Origin: a bacterium
GTDB lineage: Bacteria > Myxococcota_A > Polyangia > Nannocystales > Nannocystaceae
Reading direction: 5' to 3'
NCBI GenBank assembly: GCA_024742475.1
Contig: JANSYI010000017.1
Span: forward strand, 74,529 to 138,528
Length of the DNA: 64,000 bases
Position 1 is the stretch's first letter; every line of letters begins with the position of its first letter. Below the pieces are notes generated by a model. That model ran no database searches. It worked only from the letters and a program-made list of their open reading frames with translations, and had not been told where the DNA came from. Both the position numbers and the translations under genes were made by a program. Below are positions 1 to 9,616 of this stretch, piece after piece.

Positions 1-357
1 AGCCTGGGCCGCATGCTCACCGCCACGTGCAAGCAGTGCAACGGCAAGGGCTACACCAAGTCGCCGTCCACCGTCGCCTACGAGATCCTCCGGGAGATCC
101 GGCGCGATGCCGCACACATCACGGGCGAGAACATCGCCGTCTACGCCAACCCCGAGGTCGCCGAGCTCATGCGCGGCGCCGAGTCGATGGCGGTCGATGA
201 CACCGTCAAGCGCGTCCACCGTGCCATCGAGATCCACTCGAGGAAGAACTTCCACGTCGAGCAGTTCGAGGTGAAGGGCAAGCAGCCCGGCAAGGGTCCG
301 CGCAAGAAAGACGGCAAGCGCGCCGAGGCCAGCGAAGACGCGTCCGCCTCCGCGTGA
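1..357 (+). CDS. Ribonuclease E/G family protein, C-terminal end (5' part upstream of window)
   Basis: Frame is open from base 1. It contains a CKQCNGKGY Cys pair (Zn-link-like) followed by SPSTVAYEILREIRR, which is typical of the RNase E/G catalytic-domain C-terminus, then a basic/acidic tail. Stop at 355-357. Confidence 0.7.
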   Translation, partial: SLGRMLTATCKQCNGKGYTKSPSTVAYEILREIRRDAAHITGENIAVYANPEVAELMRGAESMAVDDTVKRVHRAIEIHSRKNFHVEQFEVKGKQPGKGPRKKDGKRAEASEDASASA

Positions 358-380
358 GGCGCTGGTAGACTCTCCGCACG

Positions 381-908
381 ATGGGCGAGACCGGCGAGCT
401 TCCCGACGATCGACGTCGGGCCGAACGCGTCGACGTGAACTTCGAGTTTCGCGGCGACGCCGACACGCCGATTCACGTCGCCAACCTCTCGGAGTACGGC
501 GTGTTCGTGCAGACGGACCGCCATCTGCCTCTCGGTGCCGAGGTCGACCTGCGGTTCACCGTGGTCATCGACGACCCCATCCTCATCGAGGGCCGTGGTC
601 GCGTGGTCCGGCACCAATCCGACCCGGTCGGCATGGGGTTCGAGTTCACCAAGCTCGACCCCGAGATGCTGCTGCGGGTCGCTGACGTCGTCCGGCGCAA
701 TCGCCCCCGCGACTCGGGTCCTCCCATCGTCACCGCCGAAGACGACCTCGAGCGGTCGGCGGCGGACGTGCGGGCCAGGCGCGTGGTGTCCGGGTCGGAC
801 GACGGCGAAGACGAGGAGGCCGCGCAGACCCTCGTGAATCTGCGTGCCGTCGACGTGGAGATCATCGAAGACACCGATCTGCCGGCCGACGACGGCAGCG
901 ACCTCTGA
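381..908 (+). CDS. PilZ domain protein (c-di-GMP receptor type)
   Basis: Both canonical PilZ motifs are present: RRRAER (RxxxR) and NLSEYG ((D/N)xSxxG). A beta-barrel-like segment follows (GAEVDLRF...GRGRVVR...GMGFEF), then an acidic C-terminal tail. Confidence 0.8.
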   Translation: MGETGELPDDRRRAERVDVNFEFRGDADTPIHVANLSEYGVFVQTDRHLPLGAEVDLRFTVVIDDPILIEGRGRVVRHQSDPVGMGFEFTKLDPEMLLRVADVVRRNRPRDSGPPIVTAEDDLERSAADVRARRVVSGSDDGEDEEAAQTLVNLRAVDVEIIEDTDLPADDGSDL

Positions 909-952
909 GACGGCCTATACTCGAAGCCTCCTAACCTGCCGTAGGTTCTGCA

Positions 953-1450
953 GTGAGCATCGGAAAGCGCCTCCTCGATCTGGCCCGGGCCAACGTCACC
1001 GACTTCCGTGACGCGTTCTCCTCCGACGCTCTGCGCGATCTCCTCAACTCCGACGGTGAGTCCGAGGCTGCGGTCGAGCCCGAGGAGAGCACGACGAGCG
1101 GCGACGCCGAAGGGGGCTCGGTCGGCAAGAAGGCCGGGAGGCGCGCTCGCATGTTCAAGGACGCCGCCGAGGAGGCGTGGGAGCGGGCCTACGAAAAAGC
1201 CCGCACGGGCGCAGGCGTTCGCGGGGCGCCGCCCACCGACCCCGTCGCCGATCGCAAGCGCTGGTACAAGACGCTCGAGGTCGAACCGGGGGCCGACTTG
1301 CGCACGGTTCGAAAGGCCTACCGCAAGCTCCTCTTGCAGTATCATCCCGACCGCCACGCGTCCGACCCTGAGAAGTACAAGGCGGCAACCGAGGTCACGC
1401 GAAGGCTGACCGAGGCGTACAACGGGCTCACTCGATACCTCGGCGGGTGA
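953..1450 (+). CDS. J-domain (DnaJ-like) protein
   Basis: C-terminal J domain with an HPD motif (WYKTLEVEPGADLRTVRKAYRKLLLQYHPDRH). GTG start at 953. Confidence 0.8.
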   Translation: MSIGKRLLDLARANVTDFRDAFSSDALRDLLNSDGESEAAVEPEESTTSGDAEGGSVGKKAGRRARMFKDAAEEAWERAYEKARTGAGVRGAPPTDPVADRKRWYKTLEVEPGADLRTVRKAYRKLLLQYHPDRHASDPEKYKAATEVTRRLTEAYNGLTRYLGG

Positions 1451-1523
1451 GCCCGCCGCCCCCATCCCTCGCGAGATCGCGGAGGGGTTGGAGGGTCGGG
1501 CACCGACGAGGTCTCGAAGTCCC

Positions 1524-2405
1524 ATGCAGACGCAGACCGCATCCTCCCCGAAGCGCATCTCCAACAAGCGCTCCCAAGACGAGAAGAAGACCAAGAAGAA
1601 AAAGAAGAAGAAGGCTTCGATGGCGGAACGGGCCGACCGTCACGTGCTCTACGAGCAGGCGGTTCAGGATCCCAAGACCGACGTCGCGACCCTGGCCAAG
1701 CTCTACAAGAAGATCCGGAAGAAGCCCGCGCGCTCCTTTCGCGAGGACTTCTGCGGCACCGCGACGCTCTCGACCGAGTGGGTCAAGGGCGGCAGCGACC
1801 GCACCGCCTATGGCGTCGACCTCGACCTGCCCACGCTCGAGTGGGGCCGAGAGCACAACATCGGCTCGCTCGACGTGCTCGACGCTCAGCGCATCGAGCT
1901 CGCCTTGGGCAACGTGCTCACCGCACGCGGCCCCAAGGCGGACCTCACCGCGGCGCTGAACTTCAGCTACTGCTGCCTCAAGGAGCGCAAGCAGCTGCTC
2001 GCCTACTTCAAGAACGCTCGCAGGAACATGACCAAGGACGGGCTGTTCTTCCTCGACGTGCTCGGCGGCACCGAGACCATGGGCCCCGACGAGAACCGCC
2101 ACGACCTCGATGGCTTCACCTACCGGTGGAAGCAGCACTGCTTCGATCCGCTCACGCACGAGCTGTACTGCACCATCGCGTTCTTCTTCAGCGACGGCTC
2201 CAAGCTCGCGCCCGCGTTCGAGTACGACTGGCGCCTGTGGACGATGCCCGAGCTGTGTGACGTGCTCGACGAGGCCGGGTTCTCGCGTACGCACCGGCTT
2301 TGGGAGAAGACCGACAAGAAGGGCAACGGCACGGGTCGCTTCTACGAGCCCAAGCGGGTCGAAAACCAAGAGTCCTGGTGGACCTACCTGGTCGCGGAGT
2401 ACTGA
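1524..2405 (+). CDS. Class I SAM-dependent methyltransferase with Lys-rich N-terminal tail (paralog 1)
   Basis: Motif-I-like EDFCGTA, then ALNFSY and a DGFTYRW...YDWRLWT...ENQESW block shared with the next gene. Poly-K tail KKTKKKKKKK. Start is uncertain: ATG 1524 chosen, with alternatives at 1488 and 1620. Confidence 0.7.
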   Translation: MQTQTASSPKRISNKRSQDEKKTKKKKKKKASMAERADRHVLYEQAVQDPKTDVATLAKLYKKIRKKPARSFREDFCGTATLSTEWVKGGSDRTAYGVDLDLPTLEWGREHNIGSLDVLDAQRIELALGNVLTARGPKADLTAALNFSYCCLKERKQLLAYFKNARRNMTKDGLFFLDVLGGTETMGPDENRHDLDGFTYRWKQHCFDPLTHELYCTIAFFFSDGSKLAPAFEYDWRLWTMPELCDVLDEAGFSRTHRLWEKTDKKGNGTGRFYEPKRVENQESWWTYLVAEY

Positions 2406-3250
2406 TGGGCAAGAAGAAGCAAAAGTCCAAGGGCAAGGGCCGCTCGAAGCCCAAGAAGAAGTCGATCGCGTCCCGTGCCGACCGACACAAGCTGTACCAA
2501 GCCGCGGTGCAGTCGCCCGAGGCCGACGTCGAGTACTTCTCCACCGTCTACAAGGAGCTGCGCGGCCGCACCGCCAAGTCGATGCGTGAAGACTTCTGCG
2601 GCACCGCGTACCTCAGCTGCACGTGGGCCGACAGCAAGAAGAGCCGGACGGCGATCGGCATCGATCTCGACGCCCCCACGCTCCAGTGGGGTCGGGCGCA
2701 CAACTTGGCGAAGCTGTCCGAGGCCGCGCAGGGCAGGGTCCAGCTCGTCGAGGGCAACGTGCTCGACGGCCTCGGCGAGCCCACCGACATCACGTGCGCC
2801 CTGAACTTCAGCTACGGCGTGTTCAAGCGCCGTGACGAGCTGCGCCGCTACTTCGAGGTCGCGCGCCAGGGGCTGGCCGACGACGGCATCTTCATCACCG
2901 AGCTCTACGGTGGGTTCGACGCCATCGTCGAGTCTGAAGAAGAGCGCGAACTCGACGGGTTCACGTACATCTGGCAGCAAGCCGAGTACAACCCGATCAA
3001 CCATCACACGCTCTGCCACATCCACTTCAAGTTCCCCGACGGCAGCAAGATCAAGAAGGCGTTCACCTACGACTGGCGCCTGTGGACCGTGCCCGAGCTG
3101 CGCGAGGTCCTCCTCGAGGCCGGGTTCTCCGACACCAAGGTCTACTGGGAGCGCACCGACGAAGACGGCGACGGCACGGGCGAGTACGTGGCGACCGAAT
3201 GCGAGGAGAACCAGGAGAGCTGGCTCGTGTACATCGTCGGCATCAAATGA
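2405..3250 (+). CDS. Class I SAM-dependent methyltransferase with Lys-rich N-terminal tail (paralog 2)
   Basis: ATG 2405 overlaps the upstream TGA by 1 nt (TGATG). N-terminus is MGKKKQKSKGKGRSKPKKK. The protein is colinear with and similar to paralog 1 along its whole length. Confidence 0.75.
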   Translation: MGKKKQKSKGKGRSKPKKKSIASRADRHKLYQAAVQSPEADVEYFSTVYKELRGRTAKSMREDFCGTAYLSCTWADSKKSRTAIGIDLDAPTLQWGRAHNLAKLSEAAQGRVQLVEGNVLDGLGEPTDITCALNFSYGVFKRRDELRRYFEVARQGLADDGIFITELYGGFDAIVESEEERELDGFTYIWQQAEYNPINHHTLCHIHFKFPDGSKIKKAFTYDWRLWTVPELREVLLEAGFSDTKVYWERTDEDGDGTGEYVATECEENQESWLVYIVGIK

Positions 3251-4301
3251 AGTCGTCGCAGTCGAGCCGTTCCTCGGACACCACGACGTCGTCGATGAAG
3301 CGCTGGTGCGTCTGCTGGAGCGGGACCTCCATGAACGTGGGCAGGCCGATGCGGTTGAAGCCCAGCTCGTCCAGGACGCCGCGGTAGTTCAGGTTCGAGA
3401 CCTGGCTGTCGGGCACGCCGTTCACGCGCACCTCCATCATGCCGTCGCTGGCCCCGGGGGTGTTGAGGCGGGCGTGCATGACCACGCACGTCCATTCCTG
3501 GGCGGTGGGCGCGGCGAACACGGCGGCTTGGCCCCGCTGCCCACCGAGCCAGGTCAGGTCGACCCAGTCTTCGACGCCGTCGCAGTAGACCTGGTCGTAG
3601 CCCACGCACGAGTAGGCGCCGCTCCACACCTGGGGCGCGTCTTGGGTGGCCGAAGCGCGCGAGATGAACGCCATCGCGCCGGCGCCGTCGATGCCCTCGA
3701 GCTCGACGAGATCGCCGGGGCCTTCGACGGGCCAGCCGTCGTCGACGCGGGTGTGAAAGCGGACCCAGATCTCGTCGAACAGCGCGTCGGGCTGCGCGAC
3801 GTTGTTCGCCGCCGGTCCCGATCCGAAGCGCATCTCGGCGACGCCCGACCAGCTCTCGCCCGGGAAATGCGTGACCTCGAACGCCGTCGGGCTCTCCCGG
3901 CCCGGTCCTTCGAGCGCGATGCCAGCACCGGCCCACCACGCGAAGTGCGACGAGGGGTCGTCGATGTCTTCGAAGTCTTCGCAGAGGATCCACGCGTCCG
4001 GGAGCGGGTCGGGACACCCGAGCTCGGCGTCGGTGCCCCCGGTCGTGTCGTCACTCGGATCAGCGTCGGTCTCGCTCGGGCCCGAGGTCGAAGGCGCCGG
4101 TGGGTCGGTGTCGGGACCGCTCGTCGCCGAGTCCGTCTGCGTTGCCGAGGAGGAGCTGGAGTCGTGGCCGTCGACCGCGTCCGTCTCCGACGAGGTCGCG
4201 GTCTCGTCGTCGCTCACGGCAGGATCACTTGCCGAGAGCGACTCGAACGAGCAGCCGAGGAGGAGCAGCGCCGCCACGTACCAGCACCCTGACGTTCTCA
4301 C
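3243..4301 (-). CDS. Secreted lipoprotein, acidic Ser/Thr/Asp linker plus C-terminal globular (beta-sandwich-like) domain, function unknown
   Basis: GTG start at 4301 gives the signal peptide/lipobox VRTSGCWYVAALLLLGC. A low-complexity acidic linker precedes a ~260-aa domain. The upstream part of the ORF (to 4556) is Arg/Pro-rich and overlaps rimO. Confidence 0.6.
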   Translation of the reverse strand: MRTSGCWYVAALLLLGCSFESLSASDPAVSDDETATSSETDAVDGHDSSSSSATQTDSATSGPDTDPPAPSTSGPSETDADPSDDTTGGTDAELGCPDPLPDAWILCEDFEDIDDPSSHFAWWAGAGIALEGPGRESPTAFEVTHFPGESWSGVAEMRFGSGPAANNVAQPDALFDEIWVRFHTRVDDGWPVEGPGDLVELEGIDGAGAMAFISRASATQDAPQVWSGAYSCVGYDQVYCDGVEDWVDLTWLGGQRGQAAVFAAPTAQEWTCVVMHARLNTPGASDGMMEVRVNGVPDSQVSNLNYRGVLDELGFNRIGLPTFMEVPLQQTHQRFIDDVVVSEERLDCDDFI

Positions 4302-4332
4302 CGTTTCACCGTACCACGCCGGGTCGGGGGAT

Positions 4333-5715
4333 CTACGAGTCGCGGGCGTCCTCGATCGCTTCGGCCGCGGCGTCCGGGTCGAGCGAGGCGACCAGGTCGT
4401 GCGCCGACGCTTGGGTGATCGTGGCCATGACCATGTCGCCGCGCTGGGCCGTGCCGTCGGTGAGCACGACTTTGCCGTCGATCTCGGGCGCCTGACCTTC
4501 GTGGCGACCATCGAGCAGGAGCTCGCTCTCGCTGCTGGGCCCGTCGACCAGGACACGAATCTTCTGCCCCACCATCGCGGCGTGCCGTTCGGCGCGAATC
4601 GACTCCTGCATCTGCATGAGCTTGGCCGCGCGCTCGGCCGCGATGGCCTCGTCGACGCGCTTGGGCTGCATCGCCGAAACGGTGCCGTCCTCGCGGGACC
4701 ACGGGAACACGCCGAGGTGGTCGATGTCGCCGCGCGCGACGAACTCTTCGAGCCGGGCGTAGGCCTCGGGAGTCTCGCCCGGGTGGCCGACGAGCATGGT
4801 GGTGCGTAGCCACAGGCGCTGCCCGGCGTGGGTCTTGGCCTGCCGCAGCTTGTCGGTGAGCTCGATGACGGCGCGCTCGGTGTAGCCGCGACGCATCACC
4901 TTGAGCACGTCGGTGTCGACGTGTTGCATGGGCACGTCGAGGTAGGTCGCGATCTTGGGCTGCATCGCGATGCGTTCGATCAGGCCGTCGGTCACCGCCG
5001 ACGGATAGGCGTAGTGCAGACGGATCCACTCGAGCCCGTCGATCTCCACCAGCGCGTCGAGGAGCTGCTCGAGGTTCGTCTTGGTCTCGAGGTCGGTGCC
5101 GTAGCGGGTGAGATCTTGCGCGACCAGGCAGACTTCTTTGGTGCCGGCTTCGACGAGCGCGTGCACCTCTTGCACCACCGAGAAGACGGAGCGGCTGCGC
5201 TGCGACCCGCGGAGCTTGGGGATGATGCAGAAGCCGCACGGACGATCGCAGCCCTCGGCGATCTTCACGTAGGCCGTGTGGCGAACGCCGGTGAGCTCGC
5301 GGGGCGTCTCGTGGTCGTAGAGATAGGCGCGCTTGGACAGCGCGCTGACCCCCAGCCGCTTGCCCCCGCCGCCGAGGACCTTGGCCAGGCCCAGCATGTC
5401 GGCCGACCCCAAGAAGTGATCGACCTCGGGCATCTCGTCAGCCAGCTCGGTGGGGTAGCGCTGCGACAGGCACCCGGCGACGACGAGCGTCTTGTCGGTG
5501 CCTTGCTTGGCCTGCGCGAGCTCGAGGATCGTGTCGATCGATTCCTCTTTCGCAGCCTCGATGAACCCGCACGTGTTGACGACCAGCGTGTCGGCGTCTT
5601 CGGCCGAATCCACGACCGCGTGCCCGCCGTCCCGGACCACGCCGAGCATCACCTCGGTGTCGACCTGGTTCTTCGGACAGCCCAGGGAGACGAAATAGAC
5701 CTTGCGCGCGTCCAT
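4333..5715 (-). CDS. rimO: Ribosomal protein S12 methylthiotransferase RimO (radical SAM, TRAM domain)
   Basis: N-terminus is [21 protein letters not shown]. Radical-SAM motif CDRPCGFC (Cx3Cx2C). C-terminal TRAM-like domain. Start ATG at 5715. Confidence 0.85.
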   Translation of the reverse strand: MDARKVYFVSLGCPKNQVDTEVMLGVVRDGGHAVVDSAEDADTLVVNTCGFIEAAKEESIDTILELAQAKQGTDKTLVVAGCLSQRYPTELADEMPEVDHFLGSADMLGLAKVLGGGGKRLGVSALSKRAYLYDHETPRELTGVRHTAYVKIAEGCDRPCGFCIIPKLRGSQRSRSVFSVVQEVHALVEAGTKEVCLVAQDLTRYGTDLETKTNLEQLLDALVEIDGLEWIRLHYAYPSAVTDGLIERIAMQPKIATYLDVPMQHVDTDVLKVMRRGYTERAVIELTDKLRQAKTHAGQRLWLRTTMLVGHPGETPEAYARLEEFVARGDIDHLGVFPWSREDGTVSAMQPKRVDEAIAAERAAKLMQMQESIRAERHAAMVGQKIRVLVDGPSSESELLLDGRHEGQAPEIDGKVVLTDGTAQRGDMVMATITQASAHDLVASLDPDAAAEAIEDARDS

Positions 5716-5837
5716 CGAAGCCCGCCATTTGACACGATCTCGAAGCGTTGGCCATTGGCGCGTCGCGCGCGGTCCCATTCTGCCCCGGCGTGAGATCAGA
5801 TCGCGAGCCAGGGCCGCACATTGTCCGCCTCGCCAGC

Positions 5838-5866
5838 TTGACCGGGCCCTTCGCTGCCGCTACCTT
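5838..5866 (+). promoter_or_regulatory. Candidate sigma70-type promoter of the rpsP operon
   Basis: TTGACC (5838-5843), 17-nt spacer, TACCTT (5861-5866), about 34 nt upstream of the rpsP ATG. Pattern match only. Confidence 0.3.
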
Positions 5867-5899
5867 CGCGCACCCTTCCGCCGAAGGTCAGACCCAGAC

Positions 5900-6166
5900 A
5901 TGTCCGTTCGACTCCGCCTTGCTCGTGGCGGCGCCAAGAAGCGCCCCTTCTACCGTATCGTTGCCGCCGACACCCGCTCCCCGCGGGATGGCCGTTTCCT
6001 CGAGAAGCTCGGCACGTACAACCCCAACACGGATCCCTCGACCGTCGAGCTCAACATGCCGCGCGTCGAGTACTGGCTCGGCACTGGCGCTCAGCCCAGC
6101 GAGACCGTCGCTCGCCTGATCAAGAACTTCGGCAACGCCTCCGACGAGGCCGCCAAGAAAGAGTAG
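5900..6166 (+). CDS. rpsP: 30S ribosomal protein S16
   Basis: [42 protein letters not shown] is a canonical S16 N-terminus. Confidence 0.95.
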   Translation: MSVRLRLARGGAKKRPFYRIVAADTRSPRDGRFLEKLGTYNPNTDPSTVELNMPRVEYWLGTGAQPSETVARLIKNFGNASDEAAKKE

Positions 6167-6346
6167 CGCTTCTCGCGCACAGCCCTGCCCACCCGGCGGA
6201 GGGGGGCGTTGCAACGGGCGTCGGGCAAACTTCGTGTTTTGCCGGCGCCCGTTTCGTGTGGGATGATCTTCACCTACGCGGCCAACACCTGTACCGCTCT
6301 GTCACGTCCTTTGGGGACGTACCGCTACGCTGCCGCTGGAGCCTTC

Positions 6347-6595
6347 ATGTCTTCCAACATCTCGCTCAAAGAGCTCATCGAGTTCATCGCGCGCTCCCTC
6401 GTCGACAAACCCGACGACGTCCATGTCGATGAGATCGCCGGTGAACAAACCGTCGTGCTCGAGCTTCGCGTCGCCAAGGACGATCTCGGCAAGGTCATCG
6501 GCAAGCAAGGCCGCACCGTAAAGGCCATGCGCGCGATCTTGAGCGCAGCGGCGTCGAAGCTGCGCAAGCGCGCTGACCTCGAGATCATCGAGTGA
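6347..6595 (+). CDS. KH-domain RNA-binding protein (YlqC/UPF0109 type)
   Basis: [18 protein letters not shown] (the GxxG KH motif). It occupies the usual position between rpsP and rimM. Confidence 0.85.
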   Translation: MSSNISLKELIEFIARSLVDKPDDVHVDEIAGEQTVVLELRVAKDDLGKVIGKQGRTVKAMRAILSAAASKLRKRADLEIIE

Positions 6596-7221
6596 AGCGA
6601 CCTGCGCGTCCCATCGCGGACGCGCTCAGCCAAGGCAGAACCCGCATGTCGAACGACACGGACGCCGCAACGCGTTTGAGTGTTGGCTACATCGCCGGCG
6701 CACACGGTGTGCAGGGGATGGTTCGCGTTCAGCTGTTCGATCGCGGATCCGAGGCGCTCGCACCCGACGTCGAGCTCATCCTCGTCGACCGCGAGAGCAA
6801 GGCCATCGTGCACACCAAGCGCGTGCAGGGCATGGCGATGGTGCCGGGCAAACCCGCCGCACGGGTGCAGTTCGAAGGCGTCACCGATCGCGAGGGCGCC
6901 GAGGCGCTGCGAGGACTCACCGTCGAGGTGCTCCGCGACGCGCTGCCCGAGCTCGAGGAGGACGAGTTCTACCTCGCCGACGCGGTCGGTCTCGTCGTCG
7001 AGCGCTTGCTCGAAGACGGCGCGGTGCAACGCCTCGGCAAGGTCGTCGCGGTCACTACCAACGGCGCGCAAGATCTCTTCGAGATCGAGTACTTCGATCG
7101 CGGTCGTGCCCGTCGTTGGTTGATTCCGGTCTTGCCCGGCTTCGTCAAAGACGTCGATGATCAGCGCGTGGTGGTCGACCCGCCCGAAGGCATGCTCCCC
7201 GAGGCGCTGGAGCAGCCCTGA
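6592..7221 (+). CDS. rimM: 16S rRNA processing protein RimM
   Basis: [16 protein letters not shown] is a RimM N-terminal motif, and a PRC-barrel-like C-terminus follows. GTG 6592 overlaps the upstream stop (GTGA). An alternative ATG start lies at 6646. Confidence 0.85.
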   Translation: MKRPARPIADALSQGRTRMSNDTDAATRLSVGYIAGAHGVQGMVRVQLFDRGSEALAPDVELILVDRESKAIVHTKRVQGMAMVPGKPAARVQFEGVTDREGAEALRGLTVEVLRDALPELEEDEFYLADAVGLVVERLLEDGAVQRLGKVVAVTTNGAQDLFEIEYFDRGRARRWLIPVLPGFVKDVDDQRVVVDPPEGMLPEALEQP

Positions 7222-8507
7222 TGGGCGATCTGCAGTGTTTCGAGGTCTTCACCCTCTTCCCCGATGCGGTGGAGTCCTTCGCGAGGACTGGTCTGCTCGG
7301 CAAGGCGCTCGACCGCGGGCTGGTCGAGGTGCGAGCGACGAACTTTCGCGACTTCACCACCGACAAGCATCGCAGCGTGGATGACACTCCGTTCGGCGGT
7401 GGCGCGGGCATGGTGATCAAGCCCGAGCCCGTCGTGCGTGCCATCGAACACGTGCAGCGCGAACGCGGGCCGATGCATCGCGTGTTGCTCACGCCGTCAG
7501 CACCGCGCTTCGATCAGCGGGCGGCCGAAGCCCTCGCCGAGCACGACCGTATCGCGCTGCTGTGCGGTCGCTACGAGGGCATCGACGACCGCGTCCGTGA
7601 GCACTTCGTCGACGCCTGCTACTCGCTGGGCGACTTCATCCTCAACGGCGGGGAAGTGGCGGCGCTCGCGATCATCGAAGCCGTGTCGCGCCTGCGCGAG
7701 GGCGTGCTCGGCAACCCCGAGTCGACGCAGACCGAGTCGTTCGCCGCGGGCCCCGGCGGCGCCTATCTCGAGCACCCTCAGTACACGCGCCCCAAGGTCT
7801 TTCGCGGGCACGAGGTCCCGCCGGTGCTGCTCGGCGGCAACCACCAGGCCATCGCTGCCTGGCGCCGCGACCAAGCGCGCGCTCGGACCTTCGCGCTGCG
7901 GCGAGACCTTCGGGAGGTCGAGCCACTGTCCGCTGAACTTCACGTCGCGGTCCCGGCGTCGGTCGAGCCGTCGGCGGAGTGGGTCGAAGTCTTGCGGCGT
8001 CACGATGTCATGGCGCTCGTCGTGCTCGGTACCGACCCCGCTGCCGTGATGCCGTGGGTGCAGGCCACCGGGGGGCGCATCAAGGTCGTGGGCTTCCCGA
8101 GCCTGGCGCAGCTTCGACGGCGGCTGCGACAGCGCCACGGGCGCAAGCCCGCGTCCATCGCCCTCGCGCGGCCGGCGGATCTCGCAGGAGATCGCCCGGC
8201 GGGCCCGCAGGCGCTGACCGATCCCGCGCTCCTGCTCGACGCGCTGCGGGGCCCCGACGGGGAAGGCCCGCGCAGCGCGATCATCATCGCGGGCCTCGAT
8301 CCGTGGGGCGTGGACGCCGAAGCGGTCTATGCGCCAGCGGGCTCCTGGACGGATGGCCACGCGCCCTCTGCAGGAAAAGGTGCGCAAACCCAAGATCAAA
8401 CCCTTGCAACCGGCCCGGGGATCGAGGACTCTTCGCGCCCGCCAGCGCTGATGGTCGTCGATCTTGGCCTGGCAGGACTCCTCACCCGACTAGAGAACGA
8501 CGGATAG
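7221..8507 (+). CDS. trmD: tRNA (guanine37-N1)-methyltransferase TrmD with ~180-aa C-terminal extension
   Basis: TrmD core motifs are present: [33 protein letters not shown] and GGEVAA. ATG 7221 overlaps the rimM stop (TGATG). The protein is 428 aa, and the TrmD-like motifs end near residue 245. Confidence 0.9.
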   Translation: MGDLQCFEVFTLFPDAVESFARTGLLGKALDRGLVEVRATNFRDFTTDKHRSVDDTPFGGGAGMVIKPEPVVRAIEHVQRERGPMHRVLLTPSAPRFDQRAAEALAEHDRIALLCGRYEGIDDRVREHFVDACYSLGDFILNGGEVAALAIIEAVSRLREGVLGNPESTQTESFAAGPGGAYLEHPQYTRPKVFRGHEVPPVLLGGNHQAIAAWRRDQARARTFALRRDLREVEPLSAELHVAVPASVEPSAEWVEVLRRHDVMALVVLGTDPAAVMPWVQATGGRIKVVGFPSLAQLRRRLRQRHGRKPASIALARPADLAGDRPAGPQALTDPALLLDALRGPDGEGPRSAIIIAGLDPWGVDAEAVYAPAGSWTDGHAPSAGKGAQTQDQTLATGPGIEDSSRPPALMVVDLGLAGLLTRLENDG

Positions 8508-8515
8508 GCGACGTC

Positions 8516-9019
8516 ATGAGCAACAGCATTCCAGCCATCGAGGCCATCGAACGGGCAGAGAAGCGCAACGAGCTTCCCATGTTCCGTGCCGGAGACACCA
8601 TTCGCGTCCACGCACTCATCTCCGAGGGCAACAAGGAGCGCATCCAGGTCTTCGAAGGCGTCTGCATCCACCGCAAGCGTGGTGGCGGCCGCGGTTCGTT
8701 CACCGTCCGCAAGGTCTCCAGCTCGCACGGCGTGGGCGTCGAGCGCGTCTGGCCCGAGAACTCGCCGCGCGTCACCAAGGTCGAGCTCGTCAACCGCGGC
8801 AAGGTTCGCCGCGCCAAGCTCTACTACCTCCGCGAGCTCCGCGGCAACGCGGCGCGCATCACCTCGAAGCTCGGCGGCTACGGTGCCATCCTCGCGCGTC
8901 AGGCCGAGAAGCAGGCCCAGGCCGAGCAGGTTCAAGCCGAGTCCTCCGTCGAAGCCGCGGCTGAAGCTGCAGCAGCCGAAGCCGCCGCCGCCGAAGCCGC
9001 CAAGAACAAGGCCGAGTAG
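8516..9019 (+). CDS. rplS: 50S ribosomal protein L19 with Ala/Glu-rich C-terminal tail
   Basis: [10 protein letters not shown]...[15 protein letters not shown]...[14 protein letters not shown] are canonical L19 motifs. ATG at 8516. Confidence 0.95.
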   Translation: MSNSIPAIEAIERAEKRNELPMFRAGDTIRVHALISEGNKERIQVFEGVCIHRKRGGGRGSFTVRKVSSSHGVGVERVWPENSPRVTKVELVNRGKVRRAKLYYLRELRGNAARITSKLGGYGAILARQAEKQAQAEQVQAESSVEAAAEAAAAEAAAAEAAKNKAE

Positions 9020-9161
9020 GCCCCTTCGAGGAGTCGACGCCGGAGCCGGCCCCAGATTCTGCAGATCCTGCAGAACTGCGGTCGGCTCTTCGCGTTGGGG
9101 TACCTGTCCCCGTCGGGCTCGGCGGCGCGATCGTGCGGCTGCGTCGTGTCAGCCTCTGGAG

Positions 9162-9545
9162 GTGCCCCGAGAGCCGTCCACCCGAGCGATCGGGCAGCGC
9201 GTCGAGGCGCGGGTCGCCGACTACCTCCGGCACCAGGGGCTGCGCATCCTCGAGCGCAACGTCGAGCGTGTTGGCGCAGAGATCGATCTCATCGCGCTCG
9301 ACACCCGGTTCGCCGAGCCCGAGTACGTCTTCGTCGAGGTCCGTGCGCGCAGCCGCGTCGACCGGGGCACTGCGCTCGAGACGGTCGATCGCGGCAAACA
9401 AAGGCAGGTCGTGCGGGCCGCCACGGCGTGGTTGCTCGAGCAGGGGCTGTGGGAGGAGGCCGCGGTCCGCTTCGACGTCGTTGGCGTCGTCATGCACGGG
9501 GATCGCCTCCGCGTCTCGTGGCTGGCCGACGCCTACGAGGCGTGA
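9162..9545 (+). CDS. YraN/UPF0102 family endonuclease-like protein
   Basis: GQRVEARVADYLRHQGLRILERNV...GEIDLIA...VFVEVR fits the YraN pattern. The GTG start at 9162 is inferred; no ATG is available. Confidence 0.7.
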   Translation: MPREPSTRAIGQRVEARVADYLRHQGLRILERNVERVGAEIDLIALDTRFAEPEYVFVEVRARSRVDRGTALETVDRGKQRQVVRAATAWLLEQGLWEEAAVRFDVVGVVMHGDRLRVSWLADAYEA

Positions 9546-9616
9546 ACCAAAAGAAGAACGCCCCCCGTCGCGATGGTCGCGAGGACGAGGGGCGCTCGTG
9601 CGTGGCGGCGAGCCGC

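Noticed and set aside
7979-8515. Upstream extension of the rplS ORF, and other alternative-frame ORFs over trmD
   Set aside because: The translation is Arg/Pro/Gly-rich and overlaps the TrmD frame, which carries the real motifs. L19 homology starts at ATG 8516.
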